DNA of 64,000 nucleotides, from positions 21,514,001 to 21,578,000 of the forward strand of contig OZ024763.1 in NCBI GenBank assembly GCA_964016885.1. The letters are read 5' to 3'. This DNA is from Eledone cirrhosa (taxonomy: Eukaryota). The notes beneath the pieces were generated by a model, which saw nothing but the letters and a program-made list of their open reading frames with translations, ran no database searches and was not told the origin of the DNA. The first letter of the stretch is position 1. Each line of letters begins with the position of its first letter. This document shows, piece after piece, positions 42,770 through 56,686 of the stretch. The translations under genes were made by a program, and so were the position numbers.

Positions 42770-45526
42770 GGCCCTTTTGTTACCATATTTCTAATGAAAG
42801 ATACTGTCTATGTCTTTAACCCTTTCATTACCATATTTCTAATGAAAGACACTGTCTATGTCATTAACCCTTTCATTACCATATTTCTAATGAAAGACAC
42901 TGTCTATGTCATTAACCCTTTCATTACCATATTTTTAAATAAAAACACTGTCTATGTCTTTAACCCTTTCATTAACATATTTCTAATGAAAGACATTGTC
43001 TAAGTCTTTAACCCTTTCATTACCATATTTCTAAATAAAAACACTGTCTATGTCTTTAACCCTTTCATTACCATATTTCTAATGAAAGACACTGTCTATG
43101 TCATTAACCCTTTCATTACCATATTTCTAATGAAAGACACTGTCTATGTCATTAACCCTTTCATTACCATATTTCTAATGAAAGACACTGTCTATGTCAT
43201 TAACCCTTTCATTACCATATTTCTAATGAAAGACATTGTCTAAGTCTTTAACCCTTTCATTACCATATTTCTAAATAAAAACACTGTCTATGTCTTTAAC
43301 CCTTTCATTACCATATTTCTAATGGAAGACATTGTCTATGTCTTTAACCCTTTCATTACCATATTTCTAATGAAAGACACTGTCTATGTCATTAACCCTT
43401 TCATTACCATATTTCTAATGAAAGACACTGTCTATGTCATTAACCCTTTCATTACCATATTTCTAATGAAAGACACTGTCTATGTCATTAACCCTTTCAT
43501 TACCATATTTCTAATAAAAGGCACTGTCTATGTCATTAACCCTTTCATTACCATATTTCTAATGAAAGACACTGTCTATGTCTTTAACCCTTTCATTACC
43601 ATATTTCTAATGAAAGACACTGTCTATGTCATTAACCCTTTCATTACCATATTTCTAATGGAAGACATTGTCTATGTCTTTAACCCTTTCATTACCATAT
43701 TTCTAATGAAAGACACTGTCTATGTCATTAACCCTTTCATTACCATATTTCTAATGAAAGACACTGTCTGTGTCTTTATCCCTTTCATTACCATATTTCT
43801 AATGAAAGGCACTGTCTATGTCATTAACCCTTTCATTACCATATTTCTAATGAAAGACTCTGTCTATGTCTTTAACCCTTTCATTACCATATTTCTAATG
43901 AAAGACACTGTCTGTGTCTTTATCCCTTTCATTACCATATTTCTAATGAAAGGCACTGTCTATGTCATTAACCCTTTCATTACCATATTTCTAATGAAAG
44001 ACTCTGTCTATGTCTTTAACCCTTTCATTACCATATTTCTAATGAAAGGCACTGTCTATGTCATTAACCCTTTCATTACCACATTTCTAATGAAAGACAC
44101 TGTCTATGTCTTTAACCCTTTCATTACCATATTTCTAATGAAAGACACTGTCTATGTCATTAACCCTTTCATTACCATATTTCTAATGAAAGACACTGTC
44201 TATGTCATTAACCCTTTCATTACCATATTTCTAATGAAAGACACTGTCTATGTCATTAACCCTTTCATTACCATATTTCTAATGAAAGACACTGCCTATG
44301 TCATTAACCCTTTCATTCCCATATTTCTAATGAAAGACACTGTCTATGTCTTTAACCCTTTCATTACCATATTTCTAATAAAAGGCACTGTCTATGTCAT
44401 TAACCCTTTCATTACCATATTTCTAATGAAAGACACTGTCTATGTCATTAACCCTTTCATTACCATATTTCTAATGAAAGGTACTGTCTGTGTCGTTAAC
44501 CCTTTCATTACCATATTTCTAATGAAAGACACTGTCTATGTCTTTAAGCCTTTCATTACCATATTTCTAATGAAAGACACTGTCTATGTCATTAACCCTT
44601 TCATTACCATATTTCTAATGAAAGACACTGTCTATGTCATTAACCCTTTCATTACCATATTTCTAATGAAAGGTACTGTCTGTGTCGTTAACCCTTTCAT
44701 TACCATATTTCTAATGAAAGACACTGTCTATGTCATTAACCCTTTCATTACCATATTTCTAATGAAAGACACTGTCTGTCTTTATCCCTTTCATTACCAT
44801 ATTTCTAATGAAAGGCACTGTCTATGTCTTTAACCCTTTCATTACCATATTTCTAATGAAAGACACTGTCTATGTCATTAACCCTTTCATTACCATATTT
44901 CTAATGAAAGACACTGTTTATGTCATTAACCCTTTCATTACCATATTTCTAATGAAAGACACTGTCTATGTCTTTAAGCCTTTCATTACCATATTTCTAA
45001 TGAAAGACACTGTCTATGTCATTAACCCTTTCATTACCATATTTCTAATGAAAGACACTGTCTATGTCATTAACCCTTTCATTACCATATTTCTAATGAA
45101 AGACACTGTCTATGTCATTAACCCTTTCATTACCATATTTCTAATGAAAGACACTGTCTATGTCATTAACCCTTTCATTACCATATTTCTAATGAAAGAC
45201 ACTGTTTATGTCATTAACCCTTTCATTACCATATTTCTAATGAAAGACACTGTCTATGTCTTTAAGCCTTTCATTACCATATTTCTAATGAAAGACACTG
45301 TCTATGTCATTAACCCTTTCATTACCATATTTCTAATGAAAGACACTGTCTATGTCATTAACCCTTTCATTACCATATTTCTAATGAAAGACACTGTCTA
45401 TGTCATTAACCCTTTCATTACCATATTTCTAACGAAAGACACTGTCTATGTCATTAACCCTTTCATTACCATATTTCTAATGAAAGGCACTGTCTGTGTC
45501 GTTAACCTTTTCATTACCATATTTCT
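42770..45526. repeat. 48-bp minisatellite derived from a piggyBac-like MITE terminus
   Basis: About 57 copies of TTAACCCTTTCATTACCATATTTCTAATGAAAGACACTGTCTATGTCA. Compare MITE ends at 22289 and 56875-56915. Confidence 0.97.
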
Positions 45527-45529
45527 GTT

Positions 45530-45800
45530 TGCCAGGCCAAAGAGGGCAAACTGTCCAAGTATTGGATGCTTTCTGATAGGTTTGTGGTAGAGCCCATAGC
45601 AGTGGATACTTCTGGTGGTCTTCGTCCCCGGACCACATCCCTGCTCACAGCTATGAGAGTTGACTACCCGCAGGTTTAAGGCCTGCAAGGTGGAATGGCT
45701 GTTCCAGCGCATCTCCCTCACTGTCATCCAGGGAGATGTATTCTCTATCTGGTCAAGAGGCAGAGGATAAGACAGTTGGAGGTGGATGGTTGTCGTTCTG
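45530..45800 (+). mobile_element. CRE-like RLE retrotransposon 3' fragment
   Basis: KLSKYWMLSDRFVVEPIAVDTSGGL...EWLFQRISLTVIQGDVFSI, frameshifted. Confidence 0.75.
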
Positions 45801-47277
45801 ATGACACACATGCTCAACCGCATACACACGTGGTTTGTTAAGACACCCCTTTCATTAGAAATACTGAAACAAATGAGTTAAATAATGCAATTTCCTTTCC
45901 TGTTAACCCTAAACCCAGAGGATAATTTAAAACAAAAAACGGACAACTAAGAACAACTACAATTTATTTTAAAAAATTAAGTAAGAAACAGAAGCTTTCA
46001 CCGTATTTATAAAGATAATTAGACTGACAGTGAGGTTTAACACTTTAGCATTTACATTACTCTCTATATACTTTATATTTTCATGGTAAATGCTTTACTT
46101 CACATAATATCTCACATAATATTGATGATTTTATGTAATTTATTTTGAGAACAATACTGTAATGAGCAGCCAATTACAGCTGGTTTGAACAGAAATAGGT
46201 GAGAGAATTCTGGCCAGATACGGCCATGTTAAAATCCTCTAAATGGAAAAGAGAGGGTTTTAAACCCCACTATTAGGCTAATTTTCTTTAGTCAAAATAC
46301 AGTGAAAGCTTTTATCTCTAACTCCGTCTCATACTTCTCTCGCTGTCTTCTAAACAAAAAAAAAAGGCTTGATTTCTTATTTTTAAAAAATAAGGAATGA
46401 TAAATTAAAGTTGACAATTAGAATTGAACAAGAAGGACCAAAATAGATCAACCTTTCCAGGTGATTTGTTTGGTTTATATAACACCTTTCCTGATTTCTA
46501 AAGACTGTCTCTTCTTGTTTGGATTGTGTTGTTGTTTGTTGTTCATCATGTGTCTTATATGTTGCTATATATCCTCCCATATCCAAAAGTGGAATAATAA
46601 TAATAATAATAACAACAGCAACAATAATAACAATAATGGTAGCAATAATGCTAATAATAAAATAAGAAAGAAATACAGATGATGATGATGAAGAAAAAGA
46701 AGAGAAAAAAGAAGAAAAAAATGAAAAATTTACTTCAAACAATTGGACAGCGTCAGAATAACAACTACAACAACAGCTACACCACCATAACAACAACAAC
46801 CACAACTACTACATCAGAATAACAACTACAACTACTAAAACACATTAACAACTACTACTACTACAGCTACACCACCATAACTACAACAACAGCAACAACT
46901 ACTAAAACACATTAACAACTACTACTACTACTACAACAGCTACACCACCATAACTACAACAGCAACAACAGCAACTACTAAAACACATAACAACTACTAC
47001 TACTACAACAGCTACACCACCATAACTACAACCACCACCATAACAACAACAACAACTACAACGGCTACTACAACAACAACCACAACAACAACAATAACAA
47101 GGATAGTAAGTCTTGCAATCATTTATTATCTGACAGCTTCTCAAGCCAGCTTTTTATGATCATTTCACTTTTTCTGTTAAATTGTATTCAGAAGTCAAAC
47201 AAAAGGGTTAGCACAAAAAACAACATAATGACAACAACAACAATAATAACAATAACAGCACCAACAATAATAATAAT

Positions 47278-47495
47278 GGTTTCTATTTTAGGCACAAGGC
47301 CAGCAATTTTTTTTTTGGGGGGGGGGGTGATTAAATTGACCCCAGTACGTGATTGGTACTTTATTTTATCGGCCCCGTGAAGATAAAAGGCAAAGTTAAC
47401 CTCGGCTGGATTTCAATGTAGACTGTAAAGAGCCGTAACTCTATGCTGCAAAGCATGGCGTCCGACCCTCTACTGATACTGCCAATCCACCGCCC
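47278..47495 (-). mobile_element. SINE family B
   Basis: Family consensus in (AAT)n context. Confidence 0.85.
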
Positions 47496-47519
47496 TTATT
47501 AATAATGATAATAATAATA

Positions 47520-47944
47520 ATTTCCTAATTAGCCACACAGGGCTCACATTAAGGAAACATTAAAGACGGTACAGGGTGATACAGTGTTGCTTCTTTGTGT
47601 AAAATAAAATTTATAAAAGTGACTAAGAAAATAAACATTTAAAACAAACATAACATCTCCAAAGGTGAGGAGACTCTAAGGGTCACTCATGTAGAAATCC
47701 TACAAAAGTCACGGTCGCCCTAGGGCAAAGTGCCTTCTCCCAGTCTTTCTACTCCAGTCTACAGGTGTATATTCAAGGCAGGCCCATTCACAACTTTCAC
47801 CCACCTTTCAATAAACTGGTTGGGAGGCAGCACTTCCCACTCCACCCTGACTTTCCTCTTCAAATGAAACCTGAAAAACTTAATCAGGGTTTCGTCAAAG
47901 AGGAAGATGGCTGTCTGCAACCCTTTCAAATGCATCCACCACAT
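47520..47944 (-). mobile_element. L1/Tx1-like LINE 3' fragment
   Basis: WWMHLKGLQT...IKFFRFHLKRKVRVEWEVL...FIERW* plus a 3'UTR also seen at 16290-16530 and 17108-17350. Confidence 0.55.
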
Positions 47945-48196
47945 AATAATAATTCATTTATTGGCCACAAGGACCGACATATAGGGGACAATACAAATAC
48001 AGGGACAGTGTGGGGGGAGGGGATTACAATAAAATTGAATGAAAATGCACTATAACAAAAGCGATTTAACAATGAAAAAATATAAAAATAAAATATATAT
48101 ATAAGAAAATAACAAAATACTGGGTCATCAAGTTTGAAATTTGTAGAAATTTGTTCTTTTTCTACAAATTTCTACACATTTCATACTTGACGTCCC

Positions 48197-48237
<41 letters not shown>

Positions 48238-48509
48238 TCAGGAAAAAGAAAAAGCAACGAAGCCACAGAGAGAAGCAAAAATAGCCAATGTTTTGCTAAT
48301 CTTTCTCTTTAATGTCATTATATATTTATTTATTTCAAATCGGTCGACTGGGTTCTTTTTTCTTCAAAATTGGAAATTTCACCGTCTTAAAGGAAATTAA
48401 ATTGAAGTTGCCAGATATTCCGAAACACTCCACTAGAGAACTACATGGAACTTTCTTAGGAAGTATTCTTGTTTGTTATTGTTGTTATTGATGGTGGTGG
48501 TGGTGGTGG

Positions 48510-49041
48510 TGGCAGATTGGCACTGGAATCGGTAGAGTGACGGACATCATGCTTTGTGGCATAGAGTGATGTATAGTCCTTTATGTTTGGTCAAGGTTAG
48601 CTTTGCCTTATTATTATTAGGGCAGTGGATTGGCAGTAATCGGTAGAGCGTTGGACACCATGCTCTGTGGCATAGAGTTCTGGCCCTTTATGCTCTGAGT
48701 TCAAATCCTCCCGAGGTTAGCTTTGCCTTTCATCCTTATGGGAGTCGATAACATAAAGTACCAGTAATGCACTGGGGTTGATTTAACAGACTTTCCCCTC
48801 CTCTCAAAATTGCTTGCCTTGTGCTTAAATAAGAAATCATTATTATTATTAAGGGCGGTGGATTGGCAGTATCGGTAGAGGGTCGGACGCCATGCTTTCC
48901 AGCATAGTTACGTCCCTTTACGATCTGAGTTCAAATCCCCCCGAAGTTGACTTTGCCTTTCATCCTTACGGGGTCGATAAAATAAAGTACCAGTAATGCA
49001 CTGGGTAATTGCTGGCCTTGTGCCTAAAGTAGAAACAATTA
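48510..49041 (+). mobile_element. Head-to-tail SINE family B trimer
   Basis: Copies at ~48510-48610, 48619-48840 and 48852-49041, separated by (TAT)n. Confidence 0.88.
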
Positions 49042-49302
49042 TTTGATCAGATTCCATAATTATGTAAGTTGTAAATAATTGAGCACTCTTATATGGTTGA
49101 ATATCATTCTGTTGTATATATGATTTATAAAGATATAATATACATATGTATGTATAAAATAAATGATATACTTGTAACTGTGTAAAGTGTGTGACATGAA
49201 CAATCTGGTGTGTTTAGTTTGGGAGCACAAGTAAGGGCCCTAGAAGACACTAGGCAAGAAATAGAAACAAAACTGAAGGAAGAGGGAAATCACAAATCTT
49301 AG

Positions 49303-49492
49303 TAATTGTTTCTACTTTAGGCACAAGGCCAGCAATTACCCAGTGCATTACTGGTACTTTATTTTATCGACCCCGTAAGGATGAAAGGCAAAGTCAACTT
49401 CGGCGGGATTTGAACTCAGATCGTAAAGGGACGTAACTATGCTGGAAGGCATGGCGTCCGACCCTCTACTGATACTGCCAATCCACCGCCCT
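49303..49492 (-). mobile_element. SINE family B, inverted relative to 48852-49041
   Basis: Three differences from the reverse complement of 48852-49041, counted by eye. Confidence 0.92.
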
Positions 49493-50064
49493 TGCCAATC
49501 CACCGCCCTGATCAAATAATGTACATAAAAAGAAATGTCGCAGATGATTATCACTCTGACAATGACAATGCTCTTCTCAATAAATGTACCATATCAGTTA
49601 ACACAATTGCTTGCCCGTCTTGCAGTGATGCTAAGCCAGGGATCATTTTAAAATAATTTTCTGTCCCTTTTTTTTTTATCATTCCTAGTGCTCCTATAAT
49701 CAGTGCTTGATTTACCATTGTGCTTAGGTGTGTTTAAACACAGGGCCCTGTTGGCCAGGGGGGACCATCTTTTTTTACCTCCTTTATGGCCCAAGTACGG
49801 GGCCTCATAATTTAACCCTTTAGCATTCACATTATTTTATATATACTATTATATTTTCATGGTAAAGGCGTTATCTCGCATAATTATCTCACATAATATC
49901 GAATCTATGAGATTTTGAAAGTGTTTATTTTGAGAACAATACCTTAACATCAGTTTGAGTGACCAGTTACAGCCAGTTTCAACAGAAAGAGGTAGAGAAT
50001 TCTGGCCGGTTTTGGCCGGTTTGAACATTAAAGTGTTAACTAGCACAGGGTCTCATTTGTCCTA

Positions 50065-50375
50065 AATCTGGCACTACCTACAATCATTGGTATTCTAACC
50101 ACCTTGAAATGCCACATTTTTTTTTTTTTTTTCAATCTGCAAAACTTTATATTTTCTGAGCTTGTCAAATTCTTTTGCTGCAATATTGTGATCACATGAG
50201 ATGTTCAGACCAATCAATAAACAGACTTTGTTATTTTCGTCTCTTACAAAAATATCTGCTCTCTTAACTTTTATGGTTCTGTCTGTATGTACAGGAAAGT
50301 CCCATATAATCTTTACATTCTCTCCCTCAGTTACAGCCTCAGGGTGATGCACATACCACTTGTCAGCAGTTGTTA
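50065..50375 (-). mobile_element. R4/Dong-like RLE domain fragment
   Basis: KWYVHHPEAVTEGENVKIIWDFPVHTDRTIKVKRADI...KEFDKLRKY (WD...TD...RPD...K..KY motif). Confidence 0.8.
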
Positions 50376-50376
50376 T

Positions 50377-51200
50377 GGATTGGCAGTATCGGTAGAGAGT
50401 CGGACACAATCCTTTCCAGCATAGTTATGTCCCTTTACGGTCTGAGTTCAAATCCCGCCGAGGTTAACTTTGCCTTTCAACCTTACTGGGTCGAGATAAA
50501 ATAAAGTACCAGTAATGTACTGGGATAATTGCTGGCCTTGTGCCAAACAGTAGAAACAGTTATTATTATTATTAATGGGCGGTGGTTTGGCAGAATCGGT
50601 AGATGGTCTGAAACCATGCTTTGTGACATAGAGTTACGGCCCTTTATGATCTGAGTTCAAATCCCATCGAGGTTAACTTTGCCTTTCATCCTTACGGGGA
50701 CGATAAAATAAAGTACCAGTCATGCACTGGGATTGATTTAATCGACTTCCCCCTCCCCCCAAATTGCTGGCCTTGTGTCTATATAAGAAACCATTATTAT
50801 TATTAATGGGGGGATTGGCAGTATCGGAAGAAGGTCAACGCTATGCTTTGCAGCATAGAGTTACCCCCCTTTATAGTCTGAGTTCAAATCTCACTGAGGT
50901 TAACTTTGCCTTTCATCCTTATGGAGTCGATAAAATAAAGTACCAGTAATGTACTGGGTAATTGCTGGCCTTGTGCCAAAAGTAGAAACAATTATTATTA
51001 TTAGTGGTGGTGAGGGTGGTGGATTGGCAGTATCAGTAGAGCATCAGACACCTTGCTTTGTAGCATAGAGTTACGGCCCTTTAAGTCCTGAGTTCAAATC
51101 CTGCCAAGGTTAGCTTTGCCTCTCATCCTTACGCGGTCGATAAAATAAAGTACCAGTAACACAGTGGGGGTCAGTTTAATTGACTTTTCCCCTCCTCCAA
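50377..51200 (+). mobile_element. Four head-to-tail SINE family B copies
   Basis: Starts at ~50377, 50577, 50810 and 51017, each following an ATT repeat. Confidence 0.9.
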
Positions 51201-51203
51201 AAA

Positions 51204-51531
51204 GGCGCAGGGATTATAGTTAGAGCAGTGGGCTTACAATTGGGGTTGTGAGTTCAATTCTCAGACCAGGGCTCTGTGTTGTGTTCTTGAACAAGACACT
51301 TTATTTCACATTGTCCAGTTTACTTAGCTGTAGAAATAAGTTACGACGTCACTGGTACCAAGCTGTATCAGCCATTGCATTTCCCTTGGACAACATCGGT
51401 GGCATGGAGAGGGGAGACTGGTATGTATGGGTGACTACTGGTCTTCCACAAACAACCATGCCTGGACTTGTGCCTCGGAGGGGAACTTTACAGGTTTAAA
51501 TCCCATGGTCATTCATGACCAAAGGGGGTCT
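51204..51531 (+). mobile_element. SINE sharing head and core with family A but with a different 3' half
   Basis: GTGAGTTCAATTCTCAGACC...CAAGACACTTTATTTCACATTG, followed by an unrelated tail. Confidence 0.7.
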
Positions 51532-51884
51532 AAAAAATGCTGTTGAAGGGAAACAACTTCTGATTTATACTGTATTTGCTATAAGACATAGTGGTTTTCG
51601 AGTATGTGATATACTGTTGAAGATAAACAACTTATACCATATACAGTATTTGTTGTAAGAGAGGGAGCCAAGACAGTGGTTTTCTAGTATTAACAACAGA
51701 CATTGCCAGACAATATGTGAAGTTTCTTTCAAGATGTTGTAAGCTTCATATTTATTTCTCATTCAGAAATTGAAAAAGATATTTATTAGTTGTTCTATTA
51801 TCACTGCTAGCATAGTTTCCCTTTCCTAAATCTTGCTGTATCTATCATGTGTTATCTCTCTATATATGTGTTATGTGGGTATTA

Positions 51885-51989
<105 letters not shown>

Positions 51990-51998
51990 TATATGTGC

Positions 51999-52043
<45 letters not shown>

Positions 52044-52141
52044 AAATGGGGAGAAGAAGAATATATATATATCTGTGTGTGTGTGTGTATTTTATATGTG
52101 TCATGTATGCATTATATATGTGTTATATGTAGGCATTATAT

Positions 52142-52189
<48 letters not shown>

Positions 52190-52243
52190 TTTATATATGT
52201 GTTATATGTATGCATTATTTATATGCATGCATTATATATATAA

Positions 52244-52432
52244 GGTAGTGGATTGGCAGTATCGGTAGAGGGTCGGACGGTATGCTTTGAAGCATAGAGT
52301 TAGGTTCCTTTATGATCTGAGTTCAAATCCCGCCGAGGTTAACTTTGATTTTCATCCTTACGGGGTCGATAAAATAAAGTACCAGTAATACACTGGGTAA
52401 TTGCTGGCCTTGTGCCAAAAGCAGAAACAATT
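52244..52432 (+). mobile_element. SINE family B
   Basis: Family consensus. Confidence 0.9.
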
Positions 52433-52497
52433 ATATATATATGTGTATCATATGGATATGCATGTCATATGTATGTGTTGTATATATATGTATATAC

Positions 52498-52589
<92 letters not shown>

Positions 52590-52591
<2 letters not shown>

Positions 52592-52820
52592 CATCATCAT
52601 CATCATCGTTTAACGTCCGTGTTCCATGTTTGCATGGGTTTGGACGGGAGTTTTCCCACTTGAGGCAAGAGTGGTTGTCTTGCTCGCATAGGACTGTCTG
52701 GCGGGTTTTCTACAGTTGGATGCCCTTCCTAACACCAACCACATTTACAGTGTGGGGCTGGGACGTTTTTACCGTGTTGCCTACACGGTCACATTTTTTT
52801 TTTTTCGTGACACCTACACG
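52590..52820 (-). mobile_element. RTE 3'UTR fragment of the 565-1108 family
   Basis: Reverse complement of ~865-1108; a similar piece lies at 3500-3660. Confidence 0.8.
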
Positions 52821-52823
52821 ATA

Positions 52824-52854
<31 letters not shown>

Positions 52855-52931
52855 GTATATACATATATATATATGTATATACATATATATATATGTATAT
52901 ATATATATATGTATATACATATATATATATG

Positions 52932-52988
<57 letters not shown>

Positions 52989-53191
52989 ATGTATATGTAT
53001 ATGTATATATATATATATGTATATATATATATGTATATATATATGTATATATATATATATATATGTAGGTTATGTATATTGTAAGGAGGTGGGGGTGGGA
53101 ATATGTCTTATTGTGAGAAGGAGGAGGAAGTTAATTTTAAAAGAACGAAAATCTGTCGGCTGTTAGAGAAATACAATACTATTTCGGTTGT

Positions 53192-53205
53192 ATCATCATC
53201 ATCAT

Positions 53206-53239
<34 letters not shown>

Positions 53240-53240
53240 G

Positions 53241-53282
<42 letters not shown>

Positions 53283-53912
53283 CCACCACCACCATCCTCA
53301 TCATCACCATCACCATCCTCATCATCAACATGATTATCATCATCATCAACACCACCACCACCTGCTGCTGCTGCCATCACCACCACCACCATCATCATCA
53401 CCACCACCATCATCACCATCAACATGATTATCATCATCATCAACTCCACCACCACCTGCTGCTGCCACCACCACTGCCATCACCATCACCACCACCATCA
53501 TCATCATCATTATTACCATCACCACCACCATCGCCACCATCACCATCACCACCATCATCATCATCATTATTACCACCACCGCCGCCATCGTCACCATCAC
53601 CATCACCACCACCATCACCACCATCATTATTACCACCACCGCCACCATCGTCACCATCACCATCACCACCACCATCATCATCATCATTATTACCACCACC
53701 ACCACCATCGTCACCATCACCATCACCACCATATCATCATCATCATTATTACCACCACCACCACCATCGTCACCATCACCATCACCACCATCATCATCAT
53801 CATTATTATTATCACCACCACCACCACCGTCACCATCACCACCACCACCATCATCATTATTACCACCACCACCACCACCATCGACAGCATCACCACACAC
53901 CATCATCATCAT
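53192..53912. repeat. (CAT/CAC)n compound trinucleotide repeat with ~60-bp higher-order period
   Basis: Directly visible; lines 53521-53760 repeat at 60 bp. Confidence 0.93.
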
Positions 53913-54459
53913 AAGCATTGTCGTGTTTTGCTGTTGTATGATCAATATTGATTTTCCATCTTTCTCCAGACATGTAACCTATTTAATTTTGAAATACATG
54001 CCAAAAATATTGTCTTTTCAAGTAAGACATCTTAAATAAATATTGTCATACCTGATAAAATATGTTAACTAGGAGATGTTGTAGATGCTATGATTGAGTT
54101 AAATATTAATAATGATTTTCTTTTGATTAGGCAGAAAGCCAATTATACAGACAGAGATGATATATGATCTAGATGATGTGAAAGCCATCATCTTGCTTGC
54201 TATTTTTATTAACCCTTTCCATTGTTACTGTCTTTTTATGATATATGAGGGTAGCTTGGAAAGTTTACAGTATATGGTTGATTAACTAACTGACTGATTT
54301 GACTGTCTGACTATGGAAGATTGATGCTAGTGCTGTGAAATCTTGCTTACTTTGATTCCAACTCTGTTGAATAATAAACCTCGTTTGGTCATGACACTCC
54401 ATAAACCCTTCAGCTGACTCTCATATATATATACATATATATATACATACATATATATA

Positions 54460-54523
<64 letters not shown>

Positions 54524-54542
54524 TATATACATATATATATAC

Positions 54543-54578
<36 letters not shown>

Positions 54579-54579
54579 C

Positions 54580-54694
<115 letters not shown>

Positions 54695-55199
54695 TATACA
54701 TATACACATCAGAGTATGCTGAAAAGTTCATAGGCTGACTGTGAAGGATTGATACTACCAGAGGTAGTTTTGGGTGAGTTAGCAAGAAGAGGGTTAAGCC
54801 TGATAGAATGGAAATCAAAGTCTTAACCCTTTTTGATAACAAAACACTTGGAGCCAACCCTTGTTGTATGATACAAATCCTAATTTTAGTTATGTTCCAA
54901 ACACCAGCTTAATTATGAAAAACTTAGTTACATTACTATATCCCTCCAAATTCTTGTGTATTTTCAAAATTATTTCATAATTATAGGTGATATATTTCAT
55001 TAGAAATCTGCTAATGAAAGAGTTAAAGTGTTATGATGTATGTAAAAACGTTTTCATCATAATTTAATATAAGAACTTCAGTTATGTTCTAAACACCAGC
55101 TTAATTATGTGAAAGTTAGTTATATTACTAAATCCCTCTAGGTTTTTGATTATTTTCAAAATTATTTAAAAATCTTAGGCAGTGTATTTCATTAGATAT

Positions 55200-56686
55200 G
55201 TCCACTATTTCTATAGAACCATCTGGGCAATAGAAGGAACTAGTATCCTGTGGACGCTTGCTACTTATTGCACCTGAGCATCGGCCACATATAAAGTCTA
55301 CGTTCTTAGATAGTTTACCTGTGATCCCGCTACATCTTTTATGTACCCATACTTTGCATTTGGGACATAAAATGGAATTTCTGTCTACTCCTTTCCTACA
55401 CACTGAGCATGGCCATTTCCCTGAGGGCACCTGTGCCCTATTTTCCTTTCTACAAACTAGAACTTTAGTCTTAGACAAGTTAACTTTAAGGCCTTTTGAT
55501 TCTAGGCCATGCTTCCATGTTTGGAATTTCTTCTCTAGTTCAGCCATTGATTCAGCTATGAGCATTAGATAATCTGCATATAGGAGTTCCCATGGCCAGC
55601 CGGTCTTGAACTCTGTTATAGCCTGAAGGGCAGTAATAAATAGGAGGGGCTAAGGACAGAGCTTTGATGAACACCAACTTTTACACTAAATTCTTCACAA
55701 TATTCATTGTTAATTCTAACCTTACTGACTGTTTCTTTATACATCTTATCTGGGTGACAAAATCAGCAGTGGTAGAGGGTATTCTGAAAGTACAGTAGCC
55801 AGAGTCAGACCGGGATAGAAAAAGTTCAGAGAGTTTATACCACTGTTGGCCACAAAAGGTTTCTCTCTAAAAAGGAAAGGCAAATTGTATGATGCCTGGC
55901 TACGTGGCAGTGGGACATGGGCATTGCGTGGAGAGGACCTGCGCAGACTGGAAAGGAATGAAGCATGCATGCTCCGTTGGATGTGTAATAGTAATATACG
56001 TGAACGGCAAATCATAAATGAACTAAGTGAGAAATTAGGAATAAGAGGGATCAGATGCTGTTTACTTGAGAGAAGACTCCATTGGTATGGCCACGTGATG
56101 CGCATGTAAGATGACAGCTGTATAAAAGAAGTGCAGGGCGATCAAAATTGATGGTAGTTACAGAGTAGGTAGACCCAGAAAAACCTGGGACAATCTGATA
56201 AATTCCGGCCTTACACACTTGCACTTCTCTAAGACAATGTCACTGGACCGAGATCTTTGGTGCTACCCAGTAATACAGAAGACCCGCCTTGCCTATGTAC
56301 AAAGCGAAACCTACAGTCAGTAGGCACCTCTTAACCAAATATACACCCCAATCCACTACCCCTACCCTATCCTCCCACCAACACCACCCTCTCTCTGTAA
56401 AGTTGGTACCATAATATCCAGTCCAAATAAATGAGATAATGAGATCGAGATCGTGTAGGTGTCACGACAAAAAAACACACAGTCCACGCTGTAATCTGGT
56501 GGTGTAGGTAACACGGTAAAAAGTTCCCAGTTCCACACTGTAAATGTGGTTGGTGTTAGGAAGGGCATCCAGCCATAGAAAACCTGCCAGATAATCCTAT
56601 ATGAGCGAGACACGGTCACCCGACCAACTTTGCCTCAAGTGGGACAACTCCCGTCTAACCCATGCTAAACAAAGATGATGATGATG
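55200..56686 (+). mobile_element. RTE LINE with 5' inversion, inserted in an M2-like MITE array
   Basis: 55200-55744 (-) covers RT to zinc finger, ending IEIVD. 55747-56686 (+) starts YLGD and ends in (GAT)n. Contains stops and frameshifts. Confidence 0.9.

Noticed and set aside
42770-45526. Telomere-like TTAACCC repeats
   Set aside because: The motif occurs once per 48-bp unit and is a TTAA plus CCC piggyBac-type end, not (TTAGGG)n.
43322-45590. 503-aa and 260-aa ORFs
   Set aside because: They are translations of a 48-bp satellite whose length is a multiple of three, broken by a frameshift, and the unit derives from a MITE end.
53108-53951. Poly-His, Pro-rich and Asp-rich ORFs
   Set aside because: A trinucleotide repeat open in several frames on both strands, with no splice or homology support.
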